Positions 26,831 to 28,307 of a stretch of 28,307 nucleotides of DNA are shown here, piece after piece. The notes under the pieces were generated by a model. It saw only the letters and a list, made by a program, of their open reading frames with translations, did not search any database and was not told the DNA's origin. Location: positions 1 through 28,307 of the forward strand of contig JBFXGD010000030.1 in NCBI GenBank assembly GCA_050178385.1, given 5' to 3'. Both the position numbers and the translations under genes were made by a program. The stretch comes from Calditrichaceae bacterium. GTDB lineage: Bacteria > Calditrichota > Calditrichia > Calditrichales > JBFXGD01. Numbering within the stretch: position 1 is the first letter of the stretch; the number at the start of each line of letters is the position of its first letter.

Positions 26831-28081
26831 ATGGTTGTCAACGATTTATTTCGAATGGCATTTACCGCCATCTGGAGCCATAAATTAAGATCGTTTCTCA
26901 CTCTGATAGGAATCATTGCCGGAGTGGCGTCTATTATCGGTGTGATGACGGGAATATCAGTGATTCAAAAAACGATTGAAGGCGAACTGAGTGTTCTTGG
27001 CGGTCAGGTTTTTCAGGTTCAAAAATGGTTAAGCGGCCCATCAACCCGTGAAGAAAGAAGAAAGGCCGCAAAACGAAGACCCACAACCGTGGAACATGCC
27101 AATATGATCCGGGAAAACGTGAAGACCGTTACTCTGGTCGGATCTGAACTTTGGAGTTTTGGCCATGTGGCAAAATATCGTGAACGTACGACCAACCCGA
27201 ATATGACCATCTGCGGCGGCACGCCCGAATATCCGCCAAACAACACACACTATATATTTCACGGCAGAAATCTTACCCGCGAGGATATTGCGGTGGCCCG
27301 ACCCGTTGTCGTGATCGGATACGCGTTGGCCAATGAACTTTTCCCATGGATGGATCCCCTGCAGAAAACCATGCGGGTTGATGGACGTAAATATACCGTC
27401 GTAGGCGTTTTTGGAGAAAAAAAATCCGCGTTCGGCTCAAACTATGATAATTATATCCTGATGCCCATTACAAGGTTTCAAAAGGTTTATGGAATGATCG
27501 ATCGAAATCGCGGCGGAGATGAACGCTCTGTCAATATCACCGTTCGGGCAGCCACGCCGGCTCTTCTGCAGGACGCGCTTGAAGAGACCAGGGCATTGAT
27601 GAGAAAAGCCCGGGGCTTAAAGCCGAATGAAGAAGATGACTTTACCATTTTTACCAGTGACAGCCAGATCAAGACATTTAATGAAACAACCGCCGGGGTA
27701 AAGACAGGCGCCTTTGTCATCGGAATTGTGGCGCTGCTAGTCGCCGGTATCGGGATCATGAATATCATGCTGGTTTCCGTAACCGAGAGAACCAGGGAAA
27801 TCGGTGTGCGTAAAGCGCTCGGAGCAAAAAGGAAAAATATACTTTTGCAGTTTCTGATCGAGGCCATTATCCTGTCCAATATCGGAGGCGTGATCGGTGT
27901 TCTGGTGGGATTTGGTCTGGGGAATCTGGTGAGTGTTTTTACAGGATTTACGCTCAACGTACCGATGGATTGGGCATTTATCGGACTCGCTTTTTGCACG
28001 GCGATCGGGTTGATTTTTGGATTCTGGCCGGCCTACAAGGCTTCGACGTTGGTGCCGGTAGCCGCGCTGAGGTACGAGTAA
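26831..28081 (+). CDS. MacB/FtsX-family ABC transporter permease (second paralog)
   Basis: KLRSFLTLIGIIAGV, GIGIMNIMLVSVTERTREIGVRKALGA, WPAYKASTLVPVAALRYE. Confidence 0.94.
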   Translation: MVVNDLFRMAFTAIWSHKLRSFLTLIGIIAGVASIIGVMTGISVIQKTIEGELSVLGGQVFQVQKWLSGPSTREERRKAAKRRPTTVEHANMIRENVKTVTLVGSELWSFGHVAKYRERTTNPNMTICGGTPEYPPNNTHYIFHGRNLTREDIAVARPVVVIGYALANELFPWMDPLQKTMRVDGRKYTVVGVFGEKKSAFGSNYDNYILMPITRFQKVYGMIDRNRGGDERSVNITVRAATPALLQDALEETRALMRKARGLKPNEEDDFTIFTSDSQIKTFNETTAGVKTGAFVIGIVALLVAGIGIMNIMLVSVTERTREIGVRKALGAKRKNILLQFLIEAIILSNIGGVIGVLVGFGLGNLVSVFTGFTLNVPMDWAFIGLAFCTAIGLIFGFWPAYKASTLVPVAALRYE

Positions 28082-28230
28082 AGATAAGTAAGAAGTAGGA
28101 AGTAAGAATTTTAAGAAAAAAGATAAAAGAAAAAAGAAAAAAGAGAAGAGTAGAGACGCAGTGTGCTGCGTCTGAAGTGGGAAGTAGGAAGTAAGAAGTG
28201 AAAAGCGTTAAGAGTTAAGAGTTAAGAGTA
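28082..28230 (+). repeat. Purine-rich degenerate heptamer tandem repeats
   Basis: AAGTAAG/AAGTAGG/AAGTGGG units in two blocks, plus GTTAAGA x3. Almost no C outside the embedded hairpin. Confidence 0.7.
28150..28173 (+). repeat. GTAG-type REP-like palindrome
   Basis: GTAG followed by AGACGCAG-tgtg-CTGCGTCT (perfect 8-bp stem). Confidence 0.6.
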
Positions 28231-28257
28231 GGGCGGGTAAAGAAAATTGGATCTCCA

Positions 28258-28307
28258 ATCCCGAAGGGATGGCATTTTTGTAGAAAAACGGACCCCACAA
28301 CATCCCG
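28258..28307 (+). repeat. Second REP-like unit, apparently tandem and cut by window end
   Basis: ATCCC-GAA-GGGAT hairpin followed by GGCATTTTTGTAGAAA. ATCCCG recurs at 28302, at the window edge. Confidence 0.4.

Noticed and set aside
733..27999. Numerous short antisense or alternate-frame ORFs in the track (e.g. 11840-12259, 23434-23853, 25628-26113, 27487-27999)
   Set aside because: They are shadows of well-supported genes, with no motifs of their own.
28082..28307. CRISPR array
   Set aside because: Units are 7-mers or isolated hairpins without regular 25-40 nt repeats and unique spacers. No cas genes are present.

Overview
Bacterial genomic window, gene-dense, probably from a diderm (TolC present) and plausibly an anaerobe (inference from gene content). 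In order: the 3' part of a CocE/NonD-family hydrolase followed closely by a threonine-synthase-like PLP enzyme; a minus-strand TetR-TolC-MFP-RND efflux operon; a long PiT-family phosphate transporter; a TRIC/UPF0126 membrane protein; a 15-gene co-directional cluster (about 12.9-23.9 kb); a MacA-like adaptor with two MacB-like permeases but no ATPase in the window; and a purine-rich heptamer/REP-like repeat tract at the end. The 15-gene cluster is the best candidate for an uncharacterised system. It starts with a DUF134 regulator whose putative promoter carries two copies of an 18-bp palindrome. It continues with a ferredoxin, a NifB/NifX protein, a two-part permease, a CGGC protein, a Cys-rich miniprotein, a degenerate KaiC/RAD55-like ATPase, an MBL hydrolase, a Cys-less DUF59 protein, a radical SAM enzyme, an Fe-S flavoenzyme, an MFS transporter, a putative metal transporter and a Met/Cys lyase. 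All family calls come from motif recognition by eye; no database searches were run.
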